In this document: positions 21,166 to 34,673 of the stretch, one piece after another
How positions within the stretch are numbered: position 1 is the first letter of the stretch
How the letters are laid out: the number at the start of each line of letters is the position of its first letter
Program-made: the position numbers and the translations under genes
Assembly (NCBI GenBank): GCA_965233585.1
Contig: CBDDTI010000102.1
Location: 1 to 47,711, forward strand
Source of the DNA: a bacterium
GTDB taxonomy: Bacteria > SAR324 > NAC60-12
Reading direction: 5' to 3'
Length of the DNA: 47,711 nucleotides
The notes under the pieces: model-generated
Database searches by the model: none
What the model was told of the DNA's origin: nothing
The model's input: only the letters and a program-made list of their open reading frames with translations

Positions 21166-22464
21166 TTACTCAATCTCCTCCTCAACAGTGACCTCCACCA
21201 TCTCAGAAGACTGCTGAGGCTCTTCAAGTCTTGCCTTCTTGGTGGCTGGACCACAAGACTCAAACTCAGCACTGGCAGCCTCAGAAGGAACTGCAGCTTC
21301 AGGCTTGCTGGTACCAGGAGGCTCAGGAACTTGATCTTCAGGAATTGGCTTCTTACCATCTTTCTGCCTTTTCTGATGCAGCTCCAGCAAAGCCTCAGGG
21401 CTCAGACCAATAGCATCCATCTGACTGAGAATCTGCTGAGCCTGCTCTTCTTTTAGCTTCCTCAGTTCCTCCTGAGCCTGTGCCATCTCTTCCTCCTCCT
21501 TCTTCTGAGCCACTCTAGCATCAACCCTTTCCTGAGCTTCAATGGTGCCAAGCCTGAGCTCAATCAAGGCAGCTTGCTCCTTAGACATCTTGTCAGCATC
21601 TTGCAGGAGCATAGTCATAGTCTCATCCTGAGCTGCATAGGCTTTGTCAATGAGCATAAGCCTCTTAGAGATGATGTCTCTCAGTCCCTCCAAATCTGAG
21701 AGATCAGAACCCTCCAAGTCCATTGCCAGATGCTGAGAGATGGCATCTGCCATGCTGTTCTGAGGGTCAATATGAGCAAGAATTGACTTGCAATACCCCC
21801 CAGCAAAGAAGGGCTGAGCCTTCTCAGCACCTGCAGCCTCAAGTAACTGCTCAGGTTCAACATCTTGAGGTGACTGAGAATGTTCAGCACCTTGAAGTTG
21901 CTGACAACAAGGAGGCTCAGCAGGCTCAGCTGGCCTCTGCTTGTGCTGAAACTGAGCTGCCCCAAAAGATTCTGAGACTAACTTCTGCCAAGGCAATGGG
22001 GTCATGTTGAGAATCACCTGATAATACTGAGCAATGACTCTCTGAGGCCACCCATTGACATCCTGCAAGGTTGCAAAAGATGTGAAGAAAACTTTCAATC
22101 AGATATTAAAACTTAGTAATTAATATTTTTTCAATTAATCAATTAATTGATGAAGGCCATGCACCCATGCTCAGAGACACAAAGAACAAATGCATGCACA
22201 CATGTTCAAACCCATGTCCTTGCAGTCTTTGCACCCATTCTGAAATGGGATCCTGCTGAGTTTCACCTTAGCATTGCACCCAGGACAAGCAACATCAGGC
22301 TCTCCATGATAGCGAGGGTAGCTGATGATCCTCTCAGGGTTTGATCCATCACCAAAGATGTCATCCACTGAGGGAAAGCTTGGCCAACTGAGTTTGAGCT
22401 GAGCATGGCCACCTCTGATAGTATAATCCATGCCATCTGGGACTGAGTCAGAGAGCTTTGCCAT
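21166..22464 (-). CDS. Family A two-exon gene, intact (exon 1 22464-22267, exon 2 22062-21166)
   Basis: 310-aa and 97-aa ORFs with the same splice signals as 21-1328. Confidence 0.6.
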
Positions 22465-22530
22465 GGCTCAGTTGCTGAGTTGCAGATGGCTGAGCTGGAA
22501 GGCAAAAAGTTGACTATGTGCTTGAGTTCA

Positions 22531-22821
22531 CTAAGCAGCTGAGGAATCACACAAGCATGCATTCCTGCACAAATTTGAGCACAAGTCCAAGACCATGGGC
22601 AAGCCGAGAACCAACCCCACACCCCCAAAACCAACCCTGAGTCCTCTGTCAGCATTGCCACCCTTCTGATGCTTCTCCTTCTCAGAGTCTTCCTTATCCT
22701 TCTTCTTCTTCTTCTCAGTGTACTCCCTCAGGGCTTCAATGGCCCACCCTACATCGAAGCCATTCTCTTCAAGGAATCTGAGCACTCTTTCATGAAACTC
22801 CTCAGGTGTCTCATCTGCCAT
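22531..22821 (-). CDS. MADETPEE small ORF, copy 2
   Basis: Near-identical to 3221-3508, with one extra Lys codon. Confidence 0.4.
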   Translation of the reverse strand: MADETPEEFHERVLRFLEENGFDVGWAIEALREYTEKKKKKDKEDSEKEKHQKGGNADRGLRVGFGGVGLVLGLPMVLDLCSNLCRNACLCDSSAA

Positions 22822-22894
22822 GGCTCAGAAAGCTTCTTAAACTAGGAATTGAGCCCACACAAGCTGAGAAATGCACCCTTGCTGATGTGAACAG

Positions 22895-25800
22895 CAATTT
22901 TTCAAGGTGATACCTCATGATTGGCTCAGTTACTCAATAATATGAATGTTTGGATGGTACTCTATTGTGCCCAACAGCTTCTTGGTGTTGAAAAAAATCA
23001 AAAACCATTTCTCCACCTTTCTCTGAGTAAAGCTGGTCCATTTACTTTATAATATTTGTGATAAAGCTTTAAAATGCAAGGTTTTCCAAATAATTAGATG
23101 CCTTATTAAACCCTTATTAAAAAACAGCACTCAGACAATTTTTCAAGGTGGTACCTCATGAGTGGCTCAGTTACTCAATAATATAATTGTTTGGATGGTA
23201 CTCTATTGTGAGCACCAACTTTTGGGGGTGAAAAAAAAACAAAACCCTTTCTCCACCTTTCTTTGGGTAAAGCTGGTCCTTTTACTTTAGAAAGCCATAT
23301 TTATGTTAAAGCTTTAAAATGCAAGGTTTCCCAAATAATTAGATGCCTTATTAAACCCTTATTAAAAAACAGCACCCAGACAATTTTTCAAGGGGATACC
23401 TCATGATTGGCTCAGTTACTCAATAATATAATTGTTTGGATGGTACTCTATTGTGAGCACCAACTTGTGGGAGTGAAAAAAACAAAACCCTTTCTCCACC
23501 TTTCTTTGGGTAAAGCTGGTCCTTTTACTTTAGAAAGCCATATTTATGTTAAAGCTTTAAAATGCAAGGTTTCCCAAATAATTAGATGCCTTATTAAACC
23601 CTTATTAAAAAACAGCACTCAGACAATTTTTCAAGGGGGTACCTCATGAGTGGCTCAGTTACTCAATAATATAATTGTTTGGATGGTACTCTATTGTGAG
23701 CACCAACTTTTTGGAGTGAACAAAAACAACAAAACCCTTTCTCCACATTTCTTTGGGTAAAGCTGGTCCTTTTACTTTAGAAAACCATATTTGTGTTAAA
23801 GCTTTAAAATGCAAGGTTTCCCAAATAATTAGATGCCTTATTAAACCCTTATTAAAAAACAGCATCCAGACAATTTTTCAAAGGGATACCTCATGATTGG
23901 CTCAGTTACTCAATAATATAATTGTTTGGATGGTACTCTATTGTGAGCACCAACTTTTGGGAGTGAAAAAAAAGCAAAACCCTTTCTCCATCTTTCTTTG
24001 GGTAAAGCTGATCCTTTCACTTTAGAAAGCCATATTTGTGTTAAAAATTTAAAATGCAAGGCTTTCCAAATAATTAGATACCTGAAAAAACCATAATTGG
24101 CTCAGTTACTCAATAATATAATTGTTTGGATGGTACTCTATTGTGAGCACCAACTTGTGGGAGTGAAAAAAGAAAAACAAAACCCTTTCTCCACCTTTCT
24201 TTGAGTAAATCTGGTGCCTTTACTTCAGAAAGCTATATTTGTGTTAAAGCTTTAAAATGCAAGGCTTTCCAAATAATTAGATGCCTTATTAAACCCTTAT
24301 TAAAAAACAGCACCCAGACAATTTTTCAAGGGGATACCTCATGATTGACTCAGTTACTCAATAATATAATTGTTTGGATGGTACTCTATTGTGAGCACCA
24401 ACTTGTGGGAGTTAAAAAAAAACAAAACCCTTTCTCCACCTTTCTTTGGGTAAAGCTGGTCCTTTTACTTTAGAAAGCCATATTCGTGTTAAAACTTTAA
24501 AATGCAAGGTTTTCCAAATAATTAGATACCTGAAAAAACCATAATTGGCTCAGTTACTCAATAATATAATTGTTTGGATGGTACTCTATTGTGAGCACCA
24601 ACTTTTTGGAGTGAAAAAAAACAACAAAACCCTTTCTCCACATTTCTTTGGGTAAAGCTGGTCCTTTTACTTTAGAAAACCATATTTGTGTTAAAGCTTT
24701 AAAATGCAAGGTTTCCCAAATAATTAGATGCCTTATTAAACCCTTATTAAAAAACAGCATCCAGACAATTTTTCAAAGGGATACCTCATGATTGGCTCAG
24801 TTACTCAATAATATAATTGTTTGGATGGTACTCTATTGTGAGCACCAACTTTTGGGAGTGAAAAAAAAGCAAAACCCTTTCTCCATCTTTCTTTGGGTAA
24901 AGCTGATCCTTTCACTTTAGAAAGCCATATTTGTGTTAAAAATTTAAAATGCAAGGCTTTCCAAATAATTAGATACCTGAAAAAACCATAATTGGCTCAG
25001 TTACTCAATAATATAATTGTTTGGATGGTACTCTATTGTGAGCACCAACTTTTGGGAGTGATAAAAAAAACAAAACCCTTTCTCCACCTTTCTTTGGGTA
25101 AATCTGGTGCCTTTACTTTAGAAAGCCATATTTGTGTTAAAGCTTTAAAATGTAAGGTTTTCCAAATAATTAGATGCCTTATTAAACTCTTATTAAAAAA
25201 CAGCACCCAGACAATTTTTCAAGGGGATACCTCATGATTGACTCAGTTACTCAATAATATAATTGTTTGGATGGTACTCTATTGTGAGCACCAACTTGTG
25301 GGAGTTAAAAAAACAAAACCCTTTCTCCACCTTTCTTTGGGTAAAGCTGGTCCTTTTACTTTAGAAAGCCATATTCGTGTTAAAACTTTAAAATGCAAGG
25401 TTTTCCAAATAATTAGATACCTGAAAAAACCATAATTGGCTCAGTTACTCAATAATATAATTGTTTGGATGGTACTCTATTGTGAGCACCAACTTTTTGG
25501 AGTGAAAAAAAACAACAAAACCCTTTCTCCACCTTTCTTTGGGTAAAGCTGGTGCCTTTACTTTAGAAAGCTATATTTGTGTTAAAACTTTAAAATGCAA
25601 GGATTTCCAAATAATTAGGTACCTGAAAAAACCATAATTGGCTCAGTTACTCAATAATATAATTGTTTGGATGGTACTCTATTGTGAGCACCAACTTGTG
25701 GGAGTGAAAAAAAACAAAACCCTTTCTCCAACTTTCTTTGAGTAAATCTGGTGCCTTTACTTCAGAAAGCTATATTTGTGTTAAAGCTTTAAAATGCAAG

Positions 25801-28800
25801 GTTTTCCAAATAATTAGATGCCTTATTAAACCCTTATTAAAAACCAGCACCCAGACAATTTTTCAAGGGGATACCTCATGATTGACTCAGTTACTCAATA
25901 ATATAATTGTTTGGATGGTACTCTATTGTGAGCACCAACTTGTGGGAGTGAAAAAAAACAAAACCCTTTCTCCACCTTTCTTTGGGTAAAGCTGATGCCT
26001 TTACTTTAGAAAGCCATATTTGTGTTAAAACTTTAAAATGCAAGGTTTTCCAAATAATTAGATACCTGAAAAAACCATAATTGGTTCAGTTACTCAATAA
26101 TATAATTGTTTGGATGGTACTCTATTGTGAGCACCAACTTTTGGGAGTGAAAAAAAAAACATTTTCTTCACCTTTCTTTGGGTAAAGCTGATGCCTTTAC
26201 TTTAGAAAGCCATATTTGTGTTAAAACTAAAATGCAAGGTTTTCCAAATAATTAGATGCCTTATTAAATCCTTATTTAAAAACAGCACCCAGACAATTTT
26301 TCAAAGGGATACCTCATGAGTGGCTCAGTTACTCAATAATATAATTGTTTGGATGGTACTCTATTGTGAGCACCAACTTTTGGGAGTGATAAAAAAAACA
26401 AAACCCTTTCTCCACCTTTCTTTGGGTAAATCTGGTGCCTTTACTTTAGAAAGCCATATTTGTGTTAAAGCTTTAAAATGTAAGGTTTTCCAAATAATTA
26501 GATGCCTTATTAAACCCTTATTAAAAAACAGCACCCAGACAATTTTTCAAGGGGATACCTCATGATTGGCTCAGTTACTCAATAATATAATTGTTTGGAT
26601 GGTACTCTATTGTGAGCACCAACTTTTGGGAGTGAAAAAAAACCTTTCTCCACCTTTCTTTGGGTAAAGCTGGTCCTTTTACTTTAGAAAGCCATATTTA
26701 TGCTAAAGCTTTAAAATGCAAGGTTTTCCAAATAATTAGATGCCTTATTAAACCCTTATTAAAAAACAGCACTCAGACAATTTTTCAAGGGGGTACCTCA
26801 TGAGTGGTTCAGTTACTCAATAATATAATTGTCTGGATGGTACTCTATTGTGAGCACCAACTTTTGGGAGTAAAAAAAACAAAACCCTTTCTCCACCTTT
26901 CTTTGGGTAAAGCTGGTCCTTTCACTTTAGAAAGCCATAGTTGTGTTAAAATTTTAAAATGCAAGGTTTTCCAAATAATTAGATGCCTTATTAAACCCTT
27001 ATTAAAAAACAGCATCCAGACAATTTTTCAAGGTGGTACCTCATGAGTGGCTCAGTTACTCAATAATATAATTGTTTGGATGGTACTCTATTGTGAGCAC
27101 CAACTTTTGGGGGTGAAAAAAAAACAAAACCCTTTCTCCACCTTTCTTTGGGTAAAGCTGGTCCTTTTACTTTAGAAAGCCATATTTATGTTAAAGCTTT
27201 AAAATGCAAGGTTTCCCAAATAATTAGATGCCTTATTAAACCCTTATTAAAAAACAGCACCCAGACAATTTTTCAAGGGGATACCTCATGATTGGCTCAG
27301 TTACTCAATAATATAATTGTTTGGATGGTACTCTATTGTGAGCACCAACTTGTGGGAGTGAAAAAAACAAAACCCTTTCTCCACCTTTCTTTGGGTAAAG
27401 CTGGTCCTTTTACTTTAGAAAGCCATATTTATGTTAAAGCTTTAAAATGCAAGGTTTCCCAAATAATTAGATGCCTTATTAAACCCTTATTAAAAACAGC
27501 ACTCAGACAATTTTTCAAGGGGGTACCTCATGAGTGGCTCAGTTACTCAATAATATAATTGTTTGGATGGTACTCTATTGTGAGCACCAACTTTTTGGAG
27601 TGAAAAAAAACAACAAAACCCTTTCTCCACATTTCTTTGGGTAAAGCTGGTCCTTTTACTTTAGAAAACCATATTTGTGTTAAAGCTTTAAAATGCAAGG
27701 TTTCCCAAATAATTAGATGCCTTATTAAACCCTTATTAAAAAACAGCATCCAGACAATTTTTCAAAGGGATACCTCATGATTGGCTCAGTTACTCAATAA
27801 TATAATTGTTTGGATGGTACTCTATTGTGAGCACCAACTTTTGGGAGTGAAAAAAAAGCAAAACCCTTTCTCCATCTTTCTTTGGGTAAAGCTGATCCTT
27901 TCACTTTAGAAAGCCATATTTGTGTTAAAAATTTAAAATGCAAGGCTTTCCAAATAATTAGATACCTGAAAAAACCATAATTGGCTCAGTTACTCAATAA
28001 TATAATTGTTTGGATGGTACTCTATTGTGAGCACCAACTTTTGGGAGTGATAAAAAAAAACAAAACCCTTTCTCCACCTTTCTTTGGGTAAATCTGGTGC
28101 CTTTACTTTAGAAAGCCATATTTGTGTTAAAGCTTTAAAATGTAAGGTTTTCCAAATAATTAGATGCCTTATTAAACTCTTATTAAAAAACAGCACCCAG
28201 ACAATTTTTCAAGGGGATACCTCATGATTGACTCAGTTACTCAATAATATAATTGTTTGGATGGTACTCTATTGTGAGCACCAACTTGTGGGAGTTAAAA
28301 AAAACAAAACCCTTTCTCCACCTTTCTTTGGGTAAAGCTGGTCCTTTTACTTTAGAAAGCCATATTCGTGTTAAAACTTTAAAATGCAAGGTTTTCCAAA
28401 TAATTAGATACCTGAAAAAACCATAATTGGCTCAGTTACTCAATAATATAATTGTTTGGATGGTACTCTATTGTGAGCACCAACTTTTTGGAGTGAAAAA
28501 AAACAACAAAACCCTTTCTCCACCTTTCTTTGGGTAAAGCTGGTGCCTTTACTTTAGAAAGCTATATTTGTGTTAAAACTTTAAAATGCAAGGATTTCCA
28601 AATAATTAGGTACCTGAAAAAACCATAATTGGCTCAGTTACTCAATAATATAATTGTTTGGATGGTACTCTATTGTGAGCACCAACTTGTGGGAGTGAAA
28701 AAAAACAAAACCCTTTCTCCAACTTTCTTTGAGTAAATCTGGTGCCTTTACTTCAGAAAGCTATATTTGTGTTAAAGCTTTAAAATGCAAGGTTTTCCAA

Positions 28801-30241
28801 ATAATTAGATGCCTTATTAAACCCTTATTAAAAAACAGCACCCAGACAATTTTTCAAGGGGATACCTCATGATTGACTCAGTTACTCAATAATATAATTG
28901 TTTGGATGGTACTCTATTGTGAGCACCAACTTGTGGGAGTGAAAAAAAACAAAACCCTTTCTCCACCTTTCTTTGGGTAAAGCTGATCCTTTCACTTTAG
29001 AAAGCCATATTTGTGTTAAAAATTTAAAATGCAAGGCTTTCCAAATAATTAGATACCTGAAAAAACCATAATTGGCTCAGTTACTCAATAATATAATTGT
29101 TTGGATGGTACTCTATTGTGAGCACCAACTTGTGGGAGTGAAAAAAGAAAAACAAAACCCTTTCTCCACCTTTCTTTGAGTAAATCTGGTGCCTTTACTT
29201 CAGAAAGCTATATTTGTGTTAAAGCTTTAAAATGCAAGGCTTTCCAAATAATTAGATGCCTTATTAAATCCTTATTAAAAAACAGCACCCAGACAATTTT
29301 TCAAAGGGATACCTCATGAGTGGCTCAGTTACTCAATAATATAATTGTTTGGATGGTACTCTATTGTGAGCACCAACTTTTGGGAGTGATAAAAAAAACA
29401 AAACCCTTTCTCCACCTTTCTTTGGGTAAATCTGGTGCCTTTACTTTAGAAAGCCATATTTGTGTTAAAGCTTTAAAATGTAAGGTTTTCCAAATAATTA
29501 GATGCCTTATTAAACCCTTATTAAAAAACAGCACCCAGACAATTTTTCAAGGGGATACCTCATGATTGGCTCAGTTACTCAATAATATAATTGTTTGGAT
29601 GGTACTCTATTGTGAGCACCAACTTTTGGGAGTGAAAAAAAACCTTTCTCCACCTTTCTTTGGGTAAAGCTGGTCCTTTTACTTTAGAAAGCCATATTTA
29701 TGCTAAAGCTTTAAAATGCAAGGTTTTCCAAATAATTAGATGCCTTATTAAACCCTTATTAAAAAACAGCACTCAGACAATTTTTCAAGGGGGTACCTCA
29801 TGAGTGGTTCAGTTACTCAATAATATAATTGTCTGGATGGTACTCTATTGTGAGCACCAACTTTTGGGAGTAAAAAAAACAAAACCCTTTCTCCACCTTT
29901 CTTTGGGTAAAGCTGGTCCTTTCACTTTAGAAAGCCATAGTTGTGTTAAATTTTTAAAATGCAAGGTTTCCCAAATAATCAGATGCCTTATTAAACCCTT
30001 ATTAAAAAACAGCATCCAGACAATTTTTCAAAGGGATACCTCATGATTGGCTCAGTTACTCAATAATATAATTGTTTGGATGGTACTCTATTGTGAGCAC
30101 CAACTTTTGGGAGTGAAAAAAAAAGCAAGACCCTTTCTCCACCTTTCTTTGGGTAAAGCTGGTCCTTTCACTTTAGAAAGCCATAGTTGTGTTAAAACTT
30201 TAAAATGCAAGGTTTCCCAAATAATCAGATGCCTTATTAAA
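22895..30241. repeat. Satellite array 3 (~7.3 kb) with ~3.0-kb higher-order repeat
   Basis: Same monomer as array 1. Variant monomers recur at 26320/29320 and 26804/29804. Confidence 0.97.
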
Positions 30242-30243
30242 GC

Positions 30244-30580
30244 CAATTAATTGATGAAGGCCATGCACCCATGCTCAGAGACACAAAGAACAAATGCATG
30301 CACACATGTTCAAACCCATGTCCTTGCAGTCTTTGCACCCATTCTGAAATGGGATCCTGCTGAGTTTCACCTTAGCATTGCACCCAGGACAAGCAACATC
30401 AGGCTCTCCATCATAGCGAGGGTAGCTGATGATCCTCTCAGGGTTTGATCCCTGAGCAAAGAGGTCATCCACTGAGGGAAAGCTTTGTGGAATGAGCTTG
30501 AGCTGAGCATGGCCACCCTTGACAGTAAATTCCATGCCAGATGGAACTAATTCTGAGTGATCCTTAGTGTTCCTTGCCAT
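30244..30580 (-). pseudogene. Orphan exon 1 ('MARNTKD'), truncated within its intron by the satellite
   Basis: The satellite stops at GCCTTATTAAA (30241) and joins via GC to CAATTAATTGATGAAGG of the intron. No exon 2 follows. Confidence 0.7.
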
Positions 30581-31111
30581 GGCTCAGTTGCTGAGTTGCA
30601 GCTGGCTGAGTTGAAAGGCAAATAGGCTCACCATGTGCTTGAGTTCACTAATCAGCTGAGGAATCACATAAGCACAAGTCCAAGACCATGGGCACAAGTC
30701 CAAGACCATGGGCAAGCTGAGAGCCAACCCCACACCCCCAGAACCAACCCTGAGTCCTCTCTAAGCATTGCCATCATTCTGAGCATCTTCTAAGCCACAT
30801 CTCTGATTGTTCTCTGTGAGCATCTTCTAAGCCACACCCTCGGGTCCTGCCAGGGGAAAAATATAAGGACAAGGTCAACTACATGGGCACTGAACCAAGA
30901 TGAACCATCAATTAATTAATTACAATGTATTAATTACAAGTAGTTCTTGTGAAACTAGTTCAAAAAAAACAATGGCAACAACAACAGAACCACCTCAGCC
31001 CATCAAATGCATTTTTCCACTGCCAGCTGCTTGTCATGGCATGTGATGACACAACTCAGTCTGAGCTGAGATATTGCAAAGCATTCCTAAGTCTTTTGCT
31101 CAGGCTTCAAA

Positions 31112-32413
31112 TTACTCAATCTCCTCCTCAACAGTGACCTCCACCATCTCAGAAGACTGCTGAGGCTCTTCAAGTCTTGCCTTCTTGGTGGCTGGACCAC
31201 AAGACTCAAACTCAGCACTGGCAGCCTCAGAAGGAACTGCAGCTTCAGGCTTGCTGGTACCAGGAGGCTCAGGAACTTGATCTTCAGGAATTGGCTTCTT
31301 ACCATCTTTCTGCCTTTTCTGATGCAGCTCCAGCAAAGCCTCAGGGCTCAGACCAATAGCATCCATCTGACTGAGAATCTGCTGAGCCTGCTCTTCTTTT
31401 AGCTTCCCCAGTTCCTCCTGAGCCTGTGCCATCTCTTCCTCCTCCTTCTTCTGAGCCAGGAAACCTTTCAGCTTCTCCTGAGCATCTAAGATGTCAAGCC
31501 TGAGCTGACCTAAGACACCTTGCTCCTCAGCCATCTGCTGGGCATCTGTGGAGATCCTCTGCATAGTGGCATCCTGAGCAGCATAGGCTTGCTCAACAAG
31601 CAGAAGCTTCTGAGAGATGATAGCTTCCAGCTCCTGCACATCTGAGACATCAGGACTAAGGTCCATCCCCTTCAGCTGATTGATAGCATGCCTGATGCCA
31701 TTCTCAGGGTCAATCTGAGCAAGCAATGACTTGCAGTACCCCTGAGCAAAGGTGCTGTCATCAGTCTGAGCAGCCATAGCAAAGGTAGCAGCTTTAGGTG
31801 GCTGAGAAGGTTCAGCATCAGGTTCAGCTTGAGGTTGCTGACAACCAGGAGGCTTAGCAGGCTTAGGTGGCTTCAGTTTGTGCTTGAACTGAGCTGTCCA
31901 GTAAGGTTTTGAGACAAACTTCTGCCAAGGCAATGGGGTCATGTTGAGAATCACCTGATAATACTGAGCAATGACTCTCTGAGGCCACCCATTGACATCC
32001 TGCAAGGTTGCAAAAGATGTGAAGAAAACTTTCAATCAGATATTAAAACTTAGTAATTAATATTTTTTCAATTAATCAATTAATTGATGAAGGCCATGCA
32101 CCCATGCTCAGAGACACAAAGAACAAATGCATGCACACATGTTCAAACCCATGTCCTTGCAGTCTTTGCACCCATTCTGAAATGGGATCCTGCTGAGTTT
32201 CACCTTAGCATTGCACCCAGGACAAGCAACATCAGGCTCTCCATCATAGCGAGGGTAGCTGATGATCCTCTCAGGGTTTGATCCCTGAGCAAAGAGGTCA
32301 TCCACTGAGGGAAAGCTTTGTGGAATGAGCTTGAGCTGAGCATGGCCACCCTTGACAGTAAATTCCATGCCAGATGGAACTAATTCTGAGTGATCCTTAG
32401 TGTTCCTTGCCAT
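31112..32413 (-). CDS. Chimeric two-exon gene: family B body with family A tail (307-aa ORF)
   Basis: Identical to the 276-aa ORF up to KKPIPEDQV, then continues with PEPPGTSKPEAAV..VEEEIE of family A. Confidence 0.65.
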
Positions 32414-32944
32414 GGCTCAGTTGCTGAGTTGCAGCTGGCTGAGTTGAAAGGCAAATAGGCTCACCATGTGCTTGAGTTCACTAATCAGCTGAGGAATCAC
32501 ATAAGCACAAGTCCAAGACCATGGGCACAAGTCCAAGACCATGGGCAAGCTGAGAGCCAACCCCACACCCCCAGAACCAACCCTGAGTCCTCTCTAAGCA
32601 TTGCCATCATTCTGAGCATCTTCTAAGCCACATCTCTGATTGTTCTCTGTGAGCATCTTCTAAGCCACACCCTCGGGTCCTGCCAGGGGAAAAATATAAG
32701 GACAAGGTCAACTACATGGGCACTGAACCAAGATGAACCATCAATTAATTAATTACAATGTATTAATTACAAGTAGTTCTTGTGAAACTAGTTCAAAAAA
32801 AACAATGGCAACAACAACAGAACCACCTCAGCCCATCAAATGCATTTTTCCACTGCCAGCTGCTTGTCATGGCATGTGATGACACAACTCAGTCTGAGCT
32901 GAGATATTGCAAAGCATTCCTAAGTCTTTTGCTCAGGCTTCAAA

Positions 32945-34243
32945 TTACTCAATCTCCTCCTCAACAGTGACCTCCACCATCTCAGAAGACTGCTGAGGCT
33001 CTTCAAGTCTTGCCTTCTTGGTGGCTGGACCACAAGACTCAAACTCAGCACTGGCAGCCTCAGAAGGAACTGCAGCTTCAGGCTTGCTGGTACCAGGAGG
33101 CTCAGGAACTTGATCTTCAGGAATTGGCTTCTTACCATCTTTCTGCCTTTTCTGATGCAGCTCCAGCAAAGCCTCAGGGCTCAGACCAATAGCATCCATC
33201 TGACTGAGAATCTGCTGAGCCTGCTCTTCTTTTAGCTTCCTCAGTTCCTCCTGAGCCTGTGCCATCTCTTCCTCCTCCTTCTTCTGAGCCACTCTAGCAT
33301 CAACCCTTTCCTGAGCTTCAATGGTGCCAAGCCTGAGCTCAATCAAGGCAGCTTGCTCCTTAGACATCTTGTCAGCATCTTGCAGGAGCATAGTCATAGT
33401 CTCATCCTGAGCTGCATAGGCTTTGTCAATGAGCATAAGCCTCTTAGAGATGATGTCTCTCAGTCCCTCCAAATCTGAGAGATCAGAACCCTCCAAGTCC
33501 ATTGCCAGATGCTGAGAGATGGCATCTGCCATGCTGTTCTGAGGGTCAATATGAGCAAGAATTGACTTGCAATACCCCCCAGCAAAGAAGGGCTGAGCCT
33601 TCTCAGCACCTGCAGCCTCAAGTAACTGCTCAGGTTCAACATCTTGAGGTGACTGAGAATGTTCAGCACCTTGAAGTTGCTGACAACAAGGAGGCTCAGC
33701 AGGCTCAGCTGGCCTCTGCTTGTGCTGAAACTGAGCTGCCCCAAAAGATTCTGAGACTAACTTCTGCCAAGGCAATGGGGTCATGTTGAGAATCACCTGA
33801 TAATACTGAGCAATGACTCTCTGAGGCCACCCATTGACATCCTGCAAGGTTGCAAAAGATGTGAAGAAAACTTTCAATCAGATATTAAAACTTAGTAATT
33901 AATATTTTTTCAATTAATCAATTAATTGATGAAGGCCATGCACCCATGCTCAGAGACACAAAGAACAAATGCATGCACACATGTTCAAACCCATGTCCTT
34001 GCAGTCTTTGCACCCATTCTGAAATGGGATCCTGCTGAGTTTCACCTTAGCATTGCACCCAGGACAAGCAACATCAGGCTCTCCATGATAGCGAGGGTAG
34101 CTGATGATCCTCTCAGGGTTTGATCCATCACCAAAGATGTCATCCACTGAGGGAAAGCTTGGCCAACTGAGTTTGAGCTGAGCATGGCCACCTCTGATAG
34201 TATAATCCATGCCATCTGGGACTGAGTCAGAGAGCTTTGCCAT
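32945..34243 (-). CDS. Family A two-exon gene, copy of 21166-22464
   Basis: Identical ORF translations at offset +11779. Confidence 0.6.
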
Positions 34244-34309
34244 GGCTCAGTTGCTGAGTTGCAGATGGCTGAGCTGGAAGGTAAAAAGTTGACTATGTGC
34301 TTGAGTTCA

Positions 34310-34600
34310 CTAAGCAGCTGAGGAATCACACAAGCATGCATTCCTGCACAAATTTGAGCACAAGTCCAAGACCATGGGCAAGCCGAGAACCAACCCCACA
34401 CCCCCAAAACCAACCCTGAGTCCTCTGTCAGCATTGCCACCCTTCTGATGCTTCTCCTTCTCAGAGTCTTCCTTATCCTTCTTCTTCTTCTTCTCAGTGT
34501 ACTCCCTCAGGGCTTCAATGGCCCACCCTACATCGAAGCCATTCTCTTCAAGGAATCTGAGCACTCTTTCATGAAACTCCTCAGGTGTCTCATCTGCCAT
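34310..34600 (-). CDS. MADETPEE small ORF, copy 3
   Basis: Translation identical to 22531-22821. Confidence 0.4.
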   Translation of the reverse strand: MADETPEEFHERVLRFLEENGFDVGWAIEALREYTEKKKKKDKEDSEKEKHQKGGNADRGLRVGFGGVGLVLGLPMVLDLCSNLCRNACLCDSSAA

Positions 34601-34673
34601 GGCTCAGAAAGCTTCTTAAACTAGGAATTGAGCCCACACAAGCTGAGAAATGCACCCTTGCTGATGTGAACAG

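Noticed and set aside
22895..30241. CRISPR-like array
   Set aside because: The whole monomer is repeated, with no unique spacers and no cas genes, and the context is eukaryotic.
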